Origin: Promethearchaeum syntrophicum
Lineage (GTDB): Archaea; Asgardarchaeota; Lokiarchaeia; Sigyniarchaeales; Promethearchaeaceae
Length of the DNA: 32,000 nt
Assembly: GCF_008000775.2 (NCBI RefSeq)
Contig: NZ_CP042905.2
Location: 2,580,001-2,612,000, forward strand
Reading direction: 5' to 3'
Part shown: in pieces, positions 18,472 to 27,986 of the stretch
How positions within the stretch are numbered: the first letter of the stretch is position 1
How the letters are laid out: every line of letters starts with the position of its first letter
Program-made: the position numbers and the translations under genes
Notes under the pieces: generated by a model
Databases searched by the model: none
The model's input: the letters and a program-made list of their open reading frames with translations, nothing else
Told to the model about the DNA's origin: nothing

Positions 18472-19347
18472 CTAAACTTCATATTTTGATTTAAAATATA
18501 ATAGATCTGATTGAATATCCTCAAAATCATAAATTTGGATTCTACTTTTTACCCCCATTTCAGTTGAATCTTGTGCTAAAATCGAAATTAAATTGAAATC
18601 TGATTTTATATGCTTAAAATCCTTATAACTAAGTTGTGGTCGAAACTTTCCGTCTCTTTTTATTTTAACAATTACCCATAACAAATACATTAAGATAATC
18701 CCCATATTAAATTCTATGAGGGTATTCACAACCATCAGCTCTAAACTCCAAGTTCCTTGCTCCAAACGTATTCCCGATACGGATAGGGAAAGCTCTAAAC
18801 AAAATTCAACCAGGATTCCAACAATAAAGAGATAAATAACATCTTCAAGTCTCAATTTTTTAAAGAGATACAATATGGTTGCAATGAGAATATTTCCTAT
18901 AGTCATTAAAGTAAATGTCAATCTCTGACGGTCAGCATTCATATTACGACTCACCCGTATAATTCGATCATCTAGCGGTATAAGTTGCGAGCCTACCCCT
19001 ACAAGGATCCACCCAAGGTAAAATATAATTGTCCAAACCCACAGCTCTCTCCAATTTCGTTTTTCAAACATCAATGCAACGTAGGAAAATTGAACGAAAC
19101 CTGCAGAAAAGCAAAACCAAAGAAAAAAAAGAATATTGTTGATGGGACCATCATACGTGCGGCTCTGCATGACTGTATACCAGATGTAATAATCTGCGAT
19201 TAAATATGCAATCCAACCAAAGAATCCCCAAATAATAGGAATCCAATATCTCTTTTTAATGAGAAAATATATCCAAATTGATAGAAAAAGAAGATCAAAA
19301 TAGATGAAATCAACCCCCAATGTTCGGGTTACTATCGAGTCAACCAT
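18472..19347 (-). CDS. Multi-pass integral membrane protein, unknown function
   Basis: The 291-aa protein has about 7-8 W/Y/F-rich hydrophobic helices and a soluble C-terminal segment of about 60 aa. No motif recognised. Confidence 0.7.
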   Translation of the reverse strand: MVDSIVTRTLGVDFIYFDLLFLSIWIYFLIKKRYWIPIIWGFFGWIAYLIADYYIWYTVMQSRTYDGPINNILFFLWFCFSAGFVQFSYVALMFEKRNWRELWVWTIIFYLGWILVGVGSQLIPLDDRIIRVSRNMNADRQRLTFTLMTIGNILIATILYLFKKLRLEDVIYLFIVGILVEFCLELSLSVSGIRLEQGTWSLELMVVNTLIEFNMGIILMYLLWVIVKIKRDGKFRPQLSYKDFKHIKSDFNLISILAQDSTEMGVKSRIQIYDFEDIQSDLLYFKSKYEV

Positions 19348-19408
19348 GTTTAATATTTACTGTCTCATAATATAAAACATTATTTACAGATTCTGATTAA
19401 TTTAAAAT

Positions 19409-20530
19409 ATGAAAAAAAATGTTGTTGTTTTTGGAGCGGGTCTTGTTGGAAACGCTATTGCGATTGATTTAAGTAAAAATCACAATGTTACTTCAGTTGA
19501 TATCAGCCCAGAACCCTTGGAAATTTTAAAAACAAAATATAACATTGATATTATGATAGCCGACCTTTCTAAAAAAGATGTTATTCAAGATATTGTAAAG
19601 GATTTTGATCTGGTTATAGGAGCCGTTCCAGGATTTATGGGGTATTCAATGGTAAAATCTGTTATTGAAGCGGGAAAAAATATAGTAGATATCTCATTTT
19701 TCCCAGAAGACGCCTTAAAATTGGATAAACTTGCAAAAAAGCATGGAATTATTGCTGTTACGGATTGTGGTGTTGCTCCTGGTATGGGAAATATTATACT
19801 TGGATATCATAATGCAAGAATGGTTGTGGATAAATATATATGCTATGTGGGTGGTTTACCGCTTATACGAGAGTGGCCGTATGAATATAAAGCCGTTTTT
19901 TCACCGATTGATGTAATTGAAGAATATCTTCGGCTTGCAAGATATGTAGAAAATTCTCATATAATCACGAAAGAAGCTTTGTCGGATCCTGAATTAATTC
20001 ATTTCAAAGAAGTAGGTACACTCGAAGCTTTCAACACAGACGGATTAAGATCACTTATATCTACTATGAAAATTCCAAACATGATTGAGAAGACGATGCG
20101 TTATCCAGGTTGTATTGAGTATTTACGCGTTTTACGCGAGAGTGGATTTTTTTCGTATGATGAAATTGATGTCAAAGGAAAAAAAGTAAGACCAATAGAT
20201 GTCACTGCAAAATTGCTATTTCCAAAATGGAAGTTAAAACCCGGTGAAGGAGATTTTACGATCATGCGAATAATAATAGAAGGTCAAGAAAACCAGCAAG
20301 AAAAAACATATAATTACAATCTTTATGATGAATACGATAAAGAAACCAAAACAATATCAATGGCGCGTACTACGGGTTATACTTGTTCAGCAGTAGCTAA
20401 TCTTGTATTAGATGGAAAATTTAATAGAGTTGGCATATCTCCACCAGAATTTGTTGGAATAGAGGAAGAAAATTTTAGATATGTTCTTAAATATTTAAAA
20501 GACAGAAATGTTAATTACCAAATCCAATAA
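19409..20530 (+). CDS. Saccharopine dehydrogenase-like NAD(P)-binding oxidoreductase
   Basis: N-terminal Rossmann motif VVVFGAGLVGNAIA. DCGVAPGMGN and MARTTGYTCSAVANLVLDG resemble the conserved blocks of the saccharopine/lysine-6-dehydrogenase family as I recall them. Confidence 0.75.
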   Translation: MKKNVVVFGAGLVGNAIAIDLSKNHNVTSVDISPEPLEILKTKYNIDIMIADLSKKDVIQDIVKDFDLVIGAVPGFMGYSMVKSVIEAGKNIVDISFFPEDALKLDKLAKKHGIIAVTDCGVAPGMGNIILGYHNARMVVDKYICYVGGLPLIREWPYEYKAVFSPIDVIEEYLRLARYVENSHIITKEALSDPELIHFKEVGTLEAFNTDGLRSLISTMKIPNMIEKTMRYPGCIEYLRVLRESGFFSYDEIDVKGKKVRPIDVTAKLLFPKWKLKPGEGDFTIMRIIIEGQENQQEKTYNYNLYDEYDKETKTISMARTTGYTCSAVANLVLDGKFNRVGISPPEFVGIEEENFRYVLKYLKDRNVNYQIQ

Positions 20531-20576
20531 TATCGAGAACCATCAATTTACTTCAAGACTTAGATTACAAAAAATA

Positions 20577-21461
20577 TTAATCTTTTTCGAGATCGGTTAA
20601 AAATTCTTCTTCACATTGAGGGCAAAGACCGTGACTAAATCTGATGTCAGAGTTATGAAGGAAATAATCTTCCAAATGTTGCCAATTTCCTTCATTGTCT
20701 CGGATTTTTTTGCATTTTGAGCAGATTGGAAAAATTTTATTAATATATTTCAGTTTGGAAATTTCTCCTGATTTTATAACAAATTTAATTATTTCTGGAG
20801 ATTTGAGAAACGAAATACTGAAAATAAAAGAACCTAAAGATAAAGTTAACATTTCTAATCCTGGCACATAATCGGTCATACGAAAAATAAAAAATAGAAC
20901 GGTAACAATTCCAAATAGAATACTGCTCCCGCAAATAATTTTCACAGTTTTTCTTAGATTCGGAGGTGTTCTTTTAAAAATTAAAATGAAATTATATAAT
21001 AAATAAGAAATTGTGATGGAAATCATAATTAAAAGCCAAATATTTAAGGAATTACCTGGCCGGAAACTTTTTTCTCCCGAACTTAATTCCAGTTCAATTA
21101 TACAGTTAGGATTAAAAAGACAAAAAATTACTCCAGTGGAACATACTCCAAAAATAAAAATTTTAACAGGATCTAATGAAAATCGATTGATCATATCTAT
21201 TACTAATATTCCGAAATAGGTACTGGGAATAACGGTGAGGATATGTATTTCAAAAAATAATTCAAATTCTAATAATAGCGACAACAATCGAGCAAGAATA
21301 GAAATGAACATCGATCCAATGCAATACATTAAATTTAAAAAAAATTTTATCTTAGTTGTTCTATATTCTTTCAAACTTAAACCAAAACTCAAAATTAAAA
21401 ATAGATCTGATAGAAGTAGAAGGATGATCTCAAAACTCCAATTTAATGAAATTAAAAACAT
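20577..21461 (-). CDS. Seven-TM membrane protein with C-terminal CxxC...CxxC zinc-ribbon module (putative sensor/receptor)
   Basis: Seven hydrophobic helices are followed by a cytoplasmic tail: ICSKCKKIRDNEGNWQHLEDYFLHNSDIRFSHGLCPQCEEEF. Confidence 0.8.
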   Translation of the reverse strand: MFLISLNWSFEIILLLLSDLFLILSFGLSLKEYRTTKIKFFLNLMYCIGSMFISILARLLSLLLEFELFFEIHILTVIPSTYFGILVIDMINRFSLDPVKIFIFGVCSTGVIFCLFNPNCIIELELSSGEKSFRPGNSLNIWLLIMISITISYLLYNFILIFKRTPPNLRKTVKIICGSSILFGIVTVLFFIFRMTDYVPGLEMLTLSLGSFIFSISFLKSPEIIKFVIKSGEISKLKYINKIFPICSKCKKIRDNEGNWQHLEDYFLHNSDIRFSHGLCPQCEEEFLTDLEKD

Positions 21462-21565
21462 TATTAAGGATTAAATATCCTTTTTGCATATTAATAAATA
21501 TTCTCATTTTTACAGATAGAAATCTATAAATTTACAGTATGAAACAAGGGAATAAAACAGTTTTT

Positions 21566-22069
21566 CTATTTTGGATTTTCCATAAAAGGCAATTTCTTAA
21601 CTTCATACAAGTTTTTGGTTTCAAGAATGAGCTTTTGAAACGCTTTATTTAAAATCTGAAGAGTTTCTGTATTAATATTAGGGTGGCAACAAATTATATT
21701 TGAAACCCAAACTTCCTCATCCACTATAAAGATTGTTTCTTTTTTTTTATCGTTTATAAGCCCTAATGGTGAAACGGAACCAGGTTCTAAACCTAAAATA
21801 TCCATCAAATCTTCTGATCCAGCAAATCTGATTTTATATGCCCCCATCATCTTTCTAAATTGTTTCAAATCTAGGATTTTATTATGAGGAATAGTAACTA
21901 AATAGAAAATGCCCTTTTTTTTGTCTTTTAAGAATAAATTCTTGCAATGTGTTCCCGGAATATGTCCACAATGAATTTTAGCTTCAGGAACGGTAAAGAC
22001 GGCTGGATGTTTATGTAGAACATATTTTATTCTATGATTTTCTAACCATGAGTCCAATTCTTTATCCAT
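21566..22069 (-). CDS. YbaK/ProX-type aminoacyl-tRNA deacylase (prolyl-tRNA editing domain family)
   Basis: 167 aa. The blocks HPAVFTVPEA...CKNLFLKDKK...FYLV...DLK...GSVSPLGLIND match the pattern I recall for the free-standing YbaK/ProX editing domain. Confidence 0.7.
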   Translation of the reverse strand: MDKELDSWLENHRIKYVLHKHPAVFTVPEAKIHCGHIPGTHCKNLFLKDKKKGIFYLVTIPHNKILDLKQFRKMMGAYKIRFAGSEDLMDILGLEPGSVSPLGLINDKKKETIFIVDEEVWVSNIICCHPNINTETLQILNKAFQKLILETKNLYEVKKLPFMENPK

Positions 22070-22135
22070 AATATTAACCCCAATGAAAATTAAAAAAGAA
22101 ATAAAAAAGAAGAGTAATTCACCAAATATTTCTCT

Positions 22136-23218
22136 TTAAAGATTTCCTTCAATCTTTTCCCAAATATCAGCAACATCTAACGGTTCAAAATTGGGTTTTG
22201 CAAATTCTTCTTTGCAAACATCATATATTCCTTGATTATAGGGTGCTTTTACACCTACTTTATTGGCTAATTCTAAGAAATATCCATTAAAATAATCTAG
22301 CTCTGATTGATTTCCTTTATGTAAAATTATATCTTGTTGCATAGAATTCATTGGATAGTGTTTTACCTTTTTTTGAAAGATAAATTTAGAAATAGAAGCG
22401 GGTAATTTTGCACCTAATCCAACCAAACCCCATGAAGTCACTCCATCCATTGGATATTCGGAATATCCTGCAGCTTTTAATATTTGAACACCTTCATTAA
22501 GAACATTAGTAGTTATCTTGGCTAATGTCTTCATAGAAGAAATTTCTCGGAATTTATGACCTGCTAAGGTAAGAACACAATTGCCGAGGTTAGTAACCAT
22601 CTTGGTATGGATTGTATTTTGAAAATCATTACTAATTTGTGCGTCAAAGCCTTTATTGAAAATATTTACAATATTCTTCATTATCCCTTCAAGTTCAGGA
22701 TTTTTATCACCCACTGTTCCTAAGAAAAGAGATCCCGTTTTAGGCTTTCCTTCTTCTGGTTTTTGCCACGAACTAAATCCAAGCACTGAGGGAGAATCTT
22801 TCCAAGCGTTCCAACAGATAGTTCCATAGATAATTTTTGAAAAATACTTGGGTAATATCTTTTGGTTTTCTACTCCATTTTGCAAAGCTATTATTATTGG
22901 ATCCCCAAGTTTGGCTTTGATTTCTTGTGCTACAGCATCGAGTGAATAATTTTTTGTTGCTAAAATTACCACATCGGTATCTGGCTTTTCATTTAAATCC
23001 TCAATAACTGGAACGTTAATCTTTTGGATTTTATCTTTTTCTTCATTTAAGTAAATGTTTATTCCTTTTTCCTTTAATTCATTAGCAATTTCCTTTCGAT
23101 CTAGAAAGCAAACTTTATTATAATGAGGATATAACCATGCCCCTATCGAAGATCCTATTGCCCCCGCACCAAAGATCACAAAATCATATTCTTTCTCATT
23201 CATATTATTTCCATCCAT
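22136..23218 (-). CDS. 2-dehydropantoate 2-reductase (ketopantoate reductase, PanE/ApbA) family oxidoreductase
   Basis: Rossmann motif FVIFGAGAIGSSIG, LQNGVEN, a K..TN...N block (HTKMVTNLGNCVLT), and the C-terminal SMQQDI...SELDYFNGYF...GVKAPYN pattern typical of the ApbA/PanE family. The start could instead be the Met 5 codons downstream. Confidence 0.8.
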   Translation of the reverse strand: MDGNNMNEKEYDFVIFGAGAIGSSIGAWLYPHYNKVCFLDRKEIANELKEKGINIYLNEEKDKIQKINVPVIEDLNEKPDTDVVILATKNYSLDAVAQEIKAKLGDPIIIALQNGVENQKILPKYFSKIIYGTICWNAWKDSPSVLGFSSWQKPEEGKPKTGSLFLGTVGDKNPELEGIMKNIVNIFNKGFDAQISNDFQNTIHTKMVTNLGNCVLTLAGHKFREISSMKTLAKITTNVLNEGVQILKAAGYSEYPMDGVTSWGLVGLGAKLPASISKFIFQKKVKHYPMNSMQQDIILHKGNQSELDYFNGYFLELANKVGVKAPYNQGIYDVCKEEFAKPNFEPLDVADIWEKIEGNL

Positions 23219-23427
23219 TATTTACTAATTTGTAGATTTATAATCCTATAGGATAATCTACATAGCTATAATATATATAATATATATAACATGATTAATT
23301 AATTAATTAAAAATGTGTTTAATTAAATCTCTTAAAAATTGATTTAAAAATTTTCAGATTCCAAATTTTTTGGAAAAAAATGATCAATTTTCAGAATTAA
23401 TGAAACATAAATTAAGGATTTTTAAAA

Positions 23428-23676
23428 ATGCCTGAATTATACAGAGATGAATCAAAAAATAAGCGACTTCTTCTCCAATTTGAATTCTGTAAAGGATGCA
23501 ATTTGTGTTTTGAAGTCTGCCCGGTGAAATGCATTCAAATGGGAACTGAATTGAACAATAGAGTAGTCTATCCACCAAAATATTTACCGATTGATGGAAA
23601 AGATTGTACTTTTTGCGAACAATGTATGATCGTATGCCCAGATTTCGCCATATATGTTGTGGAGGGAATGGAATAA
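23428..23676 (+). CDS. 2-oxoacid:ferredoxin oxidoreductase, delta (2x[4Fe-4S] ferredoxin-like) subunit
   Basis: Two CxxCxxCxxxCP motifs (CKGCNLCFEVCP, CTFCEQCMIVCP) in an 82-aa protein that is first in the operon. Confidence 0.88.
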   Translation: MPELYRDESKNKRLLLQFEFCKGCNLCFEVCPVKCIQMGTELNNRVVYPPKYLPIDGKDCTFCEQCMIVCPDFAIYVVEGME

Positions 23677-24890
23677 TGAGCGAAGATAAATATTTAAAGA
23701 GAAGTGTGCTAACTGGCACTCATTTACTTGAAGGAAACGTAGCAATGGCAGAAGGTTGTATCGCTGCAGGATGTAGGTTCTTTGCTGGTTATCCAATTAC
23801 CCCACAGAGCGAAGTCCCTGAACATATGGCCAAAAGACTACCTGAAGTTGGAGGAGTTTTTATGCAGATGGAGGACGAAATAGCTTCCATAAGCGCGGTT
23901 GTTGGAGCTACTATATCTGGTAAAAAAGCGATGTCTTCTACATCTGGTCCAGGGTTTGCATTAATGCAAGAGACTCTATCATGGGCAAATTTGATTGAAA
24001 TGCCTCTGGTAGTTGCTGATGTTCAACGTGTCGGTCCAGGATCTGGAGTTGTAAGCCTCCCAACACACGGGGATGTCACACAAATTAAACGAGGGGGGAA
24101 TGGAGAATATGAAGTAATTGCAATTGCACCAAGCTCTTGTCAAGAATTATTTGATCTTTCTATTGAAGCTTTTAATCTTGCAGAAAAATGGCGGACTCCT
24201 ACTTTTATATTGAGTGACGCGTGGCTTGGACATATGAGAGAAAAAGTAATTATTCCTGAACCTGAGGAGATTGCAAAACGGATTGTTCCTCGGCCAAAAT
24301 ATGTTCCGAAAGAAAACGAGACCGAAGGAAGACCTCAAATATATACTATTGCAAAGAACAACTATACAGAATTTAACATTCCAGCATTTCCTCCTTTAGG
24401 ATCAAAAGAATTTCCATATTGGTGGATATCTTTAACTCACAGTCAAATTTCTGGAATGATTACTGAAACTCCATCAGTTGCAGATGATACAAACAAGACA
24501 ATTAATTACAAAATTTCGAAAAATGAAGCGAAAATTTCGATTGTCAAACGTTATGAATTAGAAGATGCAGAAATTGCAATAATAACCTACGGAACGCCGA
24601 CTCGAAGCTCACTTGAAGCTATGAAAATGTGTCGAAAAGAAGGAATAAAAGTCGGAATTTTAAGATTAGTTACCGTTTGGCCTATTGCAGAGACTGCAAT
24701 TCGTGAAGTCGCGCTTAAGGTAAATCAAATTATTGTTCCAGAAATTAATCTTGGACAAATTGCAGAACAAATAGAGCGTTTTGCGTTCCATGAAGATGGT
24801 AAAAAAATACCAGTTCATCGTATATCGCATACAGCGATACTTCACACACCAATGGAAATAGTTAAAAAAATCAAGGAGGTAATACAATGA
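23676..24890 (+). CDS. 2-oxoacid:ferredoxin oxidoreductase, alpha subunit
   Basis: Preferred start is the ATG at 23676, overlapping the delta stop (TAATG) and giving MSEDKYLKRS... (404 aa). It contains the YPITPQSE block typical of OFOR alpha subunits. The ORF-track start at 23604 would overlap the delta subunit by 73 nt. Confidence 0.88.
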   Translation: MSEDKYLKRSVLTGTHLLEGNVAMAEGCIAAGCRFFAGYPITPQSEVPEHMAKRLPEVGGVFMQMEDEIASISAVVGATISGKKAMSSTSGPGFALMQETLSWANLIEMPLVVADVQRVGPGSGVVSLPTHGDVTQIKRGGNGEYEVIAIAPSSCQELFDLSIEAFNLAEKWRTPTFILSDAWLGHMREKVIIPEPEEIAKRIVPRPKYVPKENETEGRPQIYTIAKNNYTEFNIPAFPPLGSKEFPYWWISLTHSQISGMITETPSVADDTNKTINYKISKNEAKISIVKRYELEDAEIAIITYGTPTRSSLEAMKMCRKEGIKVGILRLVTVWPIAETAIREVALKVNQIIVPEINLGQIAEQIERFAFHEDGKKIPVHRISHTAILHTPMEIVKKIKEVIQ

Positions 24891-25747
24891 GTTATTCAGC
24901 ACCTAGAGGTAAGGAAAATATTACTCCACACCCATATGGTAAAGCTACACAAATGTTTAAGCTTATGGGGTTCCCTTTTACTATGTTTTGTAAAGGATGT
25001 GGCTATGGATCGGTTGCCCAAGCCATATGTCGAGTATACACAGAAGAAAAACTACAAGAAGAATTATATCCATTTATTGTTAATATTGGATGTTATAGCA
25101 GTATGCCAACAGTTTTACCAGGAAAAATATTGATGACATTGCATGGCAGAGGAATAGCGGTAGCTACAGGAGTCAAAATGGCAAATCCTAATATTAAACC
25201 TATTAGTATTCATGGAGATGGAGATTTACTATCTATTGGAACAAATCATTTCATACATGGTGCCCGACGAAATATAGATATGATTGTAATTTTATTAAAC
25301 AATAATATTTATGGAATGACTGGAGGTCAACATGCACCTACAACTCCAATGGGCTCGAAAACAAGCACAACCCCACGTAGATACGGAGAACAGCCGATAG
25401 ATGCAGTAGAATTAGCAAAGGTAGCTGGAGCGACATATGTTGCACGTTGGACAACAAATACGATGAGAGAATTTATGAAATCCTTTAAAAAAGCCATTCA
25501 TCGAAAAGGTTTTTCATTTATTGAAATAGTTAGTCAGTGTCCAACACAATACGGAAGTAAAAATGCACTTCCGAAAGCGCTAGATGGATTCAATTTCATC
25601 AAGAATAACTCAGTACGAATCAATAAAGCCAAAGATATGAGTCCTGATGAGTTGAAGGGTAAGTATATCATTGGGGAACATCTGGAGATTGATCGACCTA
25701 CTTTATGGGATAGAAAATCTGAACTTATAGAAAAAGCAAAGGAGTGA
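24887..25747 (+). CDS. 2-oxoacid:ferredoxin oxidoreductase, beta (TPP-binding) subunit
   Basis: TPP motif GDGDLLSIGTNHFIHGARRNIDMIVILLNNNIYGMTGGQ and CKGCGYG near the N-terminus. There is an ATGA start/stop overlap with alpha, and AAGGAGGT lies upstream. Confidence 0.9.
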   Translation: MSYSAPRGKENITPHPYGKATQMFKLMGFPFTMFCKGCGYGSVAQAICRVYTEEKLQEELYPFIVNIGCYSSMPTVLPGKILMTLHGRGIAVATGVKMANPNIKPISIHGDGDLLSIGTNHFIHGARRNIDMIVILLNNNIYGMTGGQHAPTTPMGSKTSTTPRRYGEQPIDAVELAKVAGATYVARWTTNTMREFMKSFKKAIHRKGFSFIEIVSQCPTQYGSKNALPKALDGFNFIKNNSVRINKAKDMSPDELKGKYIIGEHLEIDRPTLWDRKSELIEKAKE

Positions 25748-26331
25748 AAACAATGGTTAGAACAGAATTAAAATTCGCAGGTTATGGAGGACAAGGTGTA
25801 ATTACATTAGCCTTATTAGCAGCAAAAGCTGCTTTAGAAGAAGATAAAGAAGTGTCTCAAAGCCAAGCATACACTGCTGTAGCCAGAGGAGGAAGTGTAT
25901 GGGCAGAAACAGTAATTAGCGATGAAGAAATCAATTATCCAAGAGCTATGGATCCAGATTTCCTTATTTTACTATCGGTTGATGCTTCAAAAAATCATAA
26001 AAAAGATCTTAAAAAAAAAAATGGGGTTTTTATTACAGATCCAACATCTTTGAAGAAATTTAAAACGAAGAAAACTCATTATCAAATCCCAGCAGCACAA
26101 ATAGCTATTGAACAATTTAAGATGCCAGTTATTTCAAATGTAATTCTTTTTGGATCGATTGTAGAAATTACAGGTATTGTATCAAGGGAATCAGCTCGAA
26201 ACACAATTGCGAGCACAGTTCCTCCTAAAACATTAGAAATGAACTTGAAAGCATTGGATGAAGGATTTAGATATGCCGAGCAATTGAAGTTAGAGATTAA
26301 AAAAGAACAAGCAGTTAACGTTACAGCATAA
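25744..26331 (+). CDS. 2-oxoacid:ferredoxin oxidoreductase, gamma subunit
   Basis: FAGYGGQGV motif in a 195-aa protein. The start is either GTG at 25744 (GTGA overlap with the beta stop) or ATG at 25753; AGGAG lies upstream. Confidence 0.85.
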   Translation: MKTMVRTELKFAGYGGQGVITLALLAAKAALEEDKEVSQSQAYTAVARGGSVWAETVISDEEINYPRAMDPDFLILLSVDASKNHKKDLKKKNGVFITDPTSLKKFKTKKTHYQIPAAQIAIEQFKMPVISNVILFGSIVEITGIVSRESARNTIASTVPPKTLEMNLKALDEGFRYAEQLKLEIKKEQAVNVTA

Positions 26332-26350
26332 TTTTTTTTAGTTTTTTTTT
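26332..26350 (+). terminator. Oligo-T tracts after the OFOR operon
   Basis: T8 (26332-26339) and T9 (26342-26350) immediately follow the stop codon. Confidence 0.45.
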
Positions 26351-26503
26351 CATCCTTTTATTCTTGAATAATAAAATATTTGCCTAATCTTTTTGAAAGT
26401 GAAATAATTAAACAAAATATTGATAGTTTTTATAAATTCATTTACATGAACTATAATTTTTCTACGAATTTTTATTCTATCCATAATTTTGAGTTAAACC
26501 AAT

Positions 26504-27748
26504 ATGCAGAACCTACAAAAACACTCATTTAACCGTATGGTCTTTACTTTAATGGTTATTAACTTCACGGAAATCTTAGGATTTAGTTTAATGATGCCAG
26601 TCTTACCATTTCTTGCTAAATTCTTAGGATTAAATATAGTTCAAATTGGTCTCCTGGGAAGTATATTTAGTTTCTGTCAATTTTTTGCAAGTCCGATTAC
26701 GGGGAAATTGAGTGATCGTTATGGTAGAAAACCTTTGTTAATCATAAGTCAATTGAGTACATTTACAGGATTTCTCCTTTTAGGCTTAGCCGATTCAGTT
26801 CCTCTTTTAATTATTGCAAGAGTTGTTGATGGATTATTTGGGAGTAATATGACAGTGATTCAAGCCACTATAAGTGATATTACTGAACCGAAAGATCGCA
26901 CTCGCATCTATTCTATCTCCTCAGGAGTATTTGGAGCAGGACTGATTATTGGTCCCGCCTTGGGAGGAATTCTTGCAGAAATAAACTATTCCATTCCAAT
27001 GTATAGTGCAGCTGCAATTTCTCTTGTCTCCATTCTTTTAGTAATTATATTCCTTCCAGAAACATATCATGGAAAATCTCAAAGTTTTTCATTAAAATTC
27101 AGCGATATAATTCCTACCAAATCTCTTTATAAATATTGGAAGAATCGCACTATTCGGTATCAAATAATTATGATGATCAGCTATACATTTGGATTTATGT
27201 TGTTTATCAATAACTTTACATTAATAGCCATCGAGGATTACAGTATTACAACCTTATATGCGGGATATTATCGAACATATATTGGGATCCTTCGAGTAAT
27301 CCTTCAATTTCTCTTTATAAATCGTTTATTATCTAAATTTGGAGAAAATAGAACTTTAGTTTCTGGTATAATAGCACTTATGATTAGTATGATTCTAATG
27401 ATTTTTTCATCTGAAAAATGGATGGTTTTCATCCCAATGACGTTTTTAGCATACGGTACCGGGGTAGCGCGCCCAATTTTAACAAGTCAACTTACTAAAA
27501 GTGTCTCCAAATCAGAATTTGCAACCGTTTTAGGTGTTAATAATTCTCTTAATAGTTTGGGTCAAATTATTACTCCCATATTAGGAGGCGCAATGCTCAT
27601 GTATCTTGGATCAATGTGGATTATGGTTTCTTCGATCTTGATTTACGTATTATTTCTCATTTCGAAAAAAAAGAGAGATATTCATATCAATGATATATCT
27701 CTAAAAAAAGATTCAATTGTACCAGATACAATAATTGAGCAATTCTAA
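26504..27748 (+). CDS. Major facilitator superfamily transporter (DHA1/tetracycline-efflux-like)
   Basis: About 12 TM helices. MFS motif A GKLSDRYGRKPLL lies between TM2 and TM3, and motif-C-like GPALGG is in TM5. Confidence 0.85.
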   Translation: MQNLQKHSFNRMVFTLMVINFTEILGFSLMMPVLPFLAKFLGLNIVQIGLLGSIFSFCQFFASPITGKLSDRYGRKPLLIISQLSTFTGFLLLGLADSVPLLIIARVVDGLFGSNMTVIQATISDITEPKDRTRIYSISSGVFGAGLIIGPALGGILAEINYSIPMYSAAAISLVSILLVIIFLPETYHGKSQSFSLKFSDIIPTKSLYKYWKNRTIRYQIIMMISYTFGFMLFINNFTLIAIEDYSITTLYAGYYRTYIGILRVILQFLFINRLLSKFGENRTLVSGIIALMISMILMIFSSEKWMVFIPMTFLAYGTGVARPILTSQLTKSVSKSEFATVLGVNNSLNSLGQIITPILGGAMLMYLGSMWIMVSSILIYVLFLISKKKRDIHINDISLKKDSIVPDTIIEQF

Positions 27749-27986
27749 AGAGCATAGCTTTATTTTATCTAATAGAATTGCAAAATTAAATCAAAACTCA
27801 TCTTTACCTTCTTTATTATTGATAATGAAATAAATTTCAAATTTAGTAAAAATTTTTTTGAAAATATATTTGAAGATATTGTGCCAAGAAAAGAACGTCG
27901 GAATATATTATATTAAAAATTACACAGTGTATTTTCTCGATATTCTCGCCTTTTAAATATAAATTTTTATGAAAGGAAAAATGATT

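Noticed and set aside
23384-23796. Minus-strand ORFs 23384..23719 and 23584..23796, and the 23604 start for the OFOR alpha subunit
   Set aside because: The minus ORFs are antisense to the delta and alpha subunits, which carry clear cofactor motifs. The 23604 start would overlap the delta subunit by 73 nt, whereas the ATG at 23676 gives a TAATG-coupled start.
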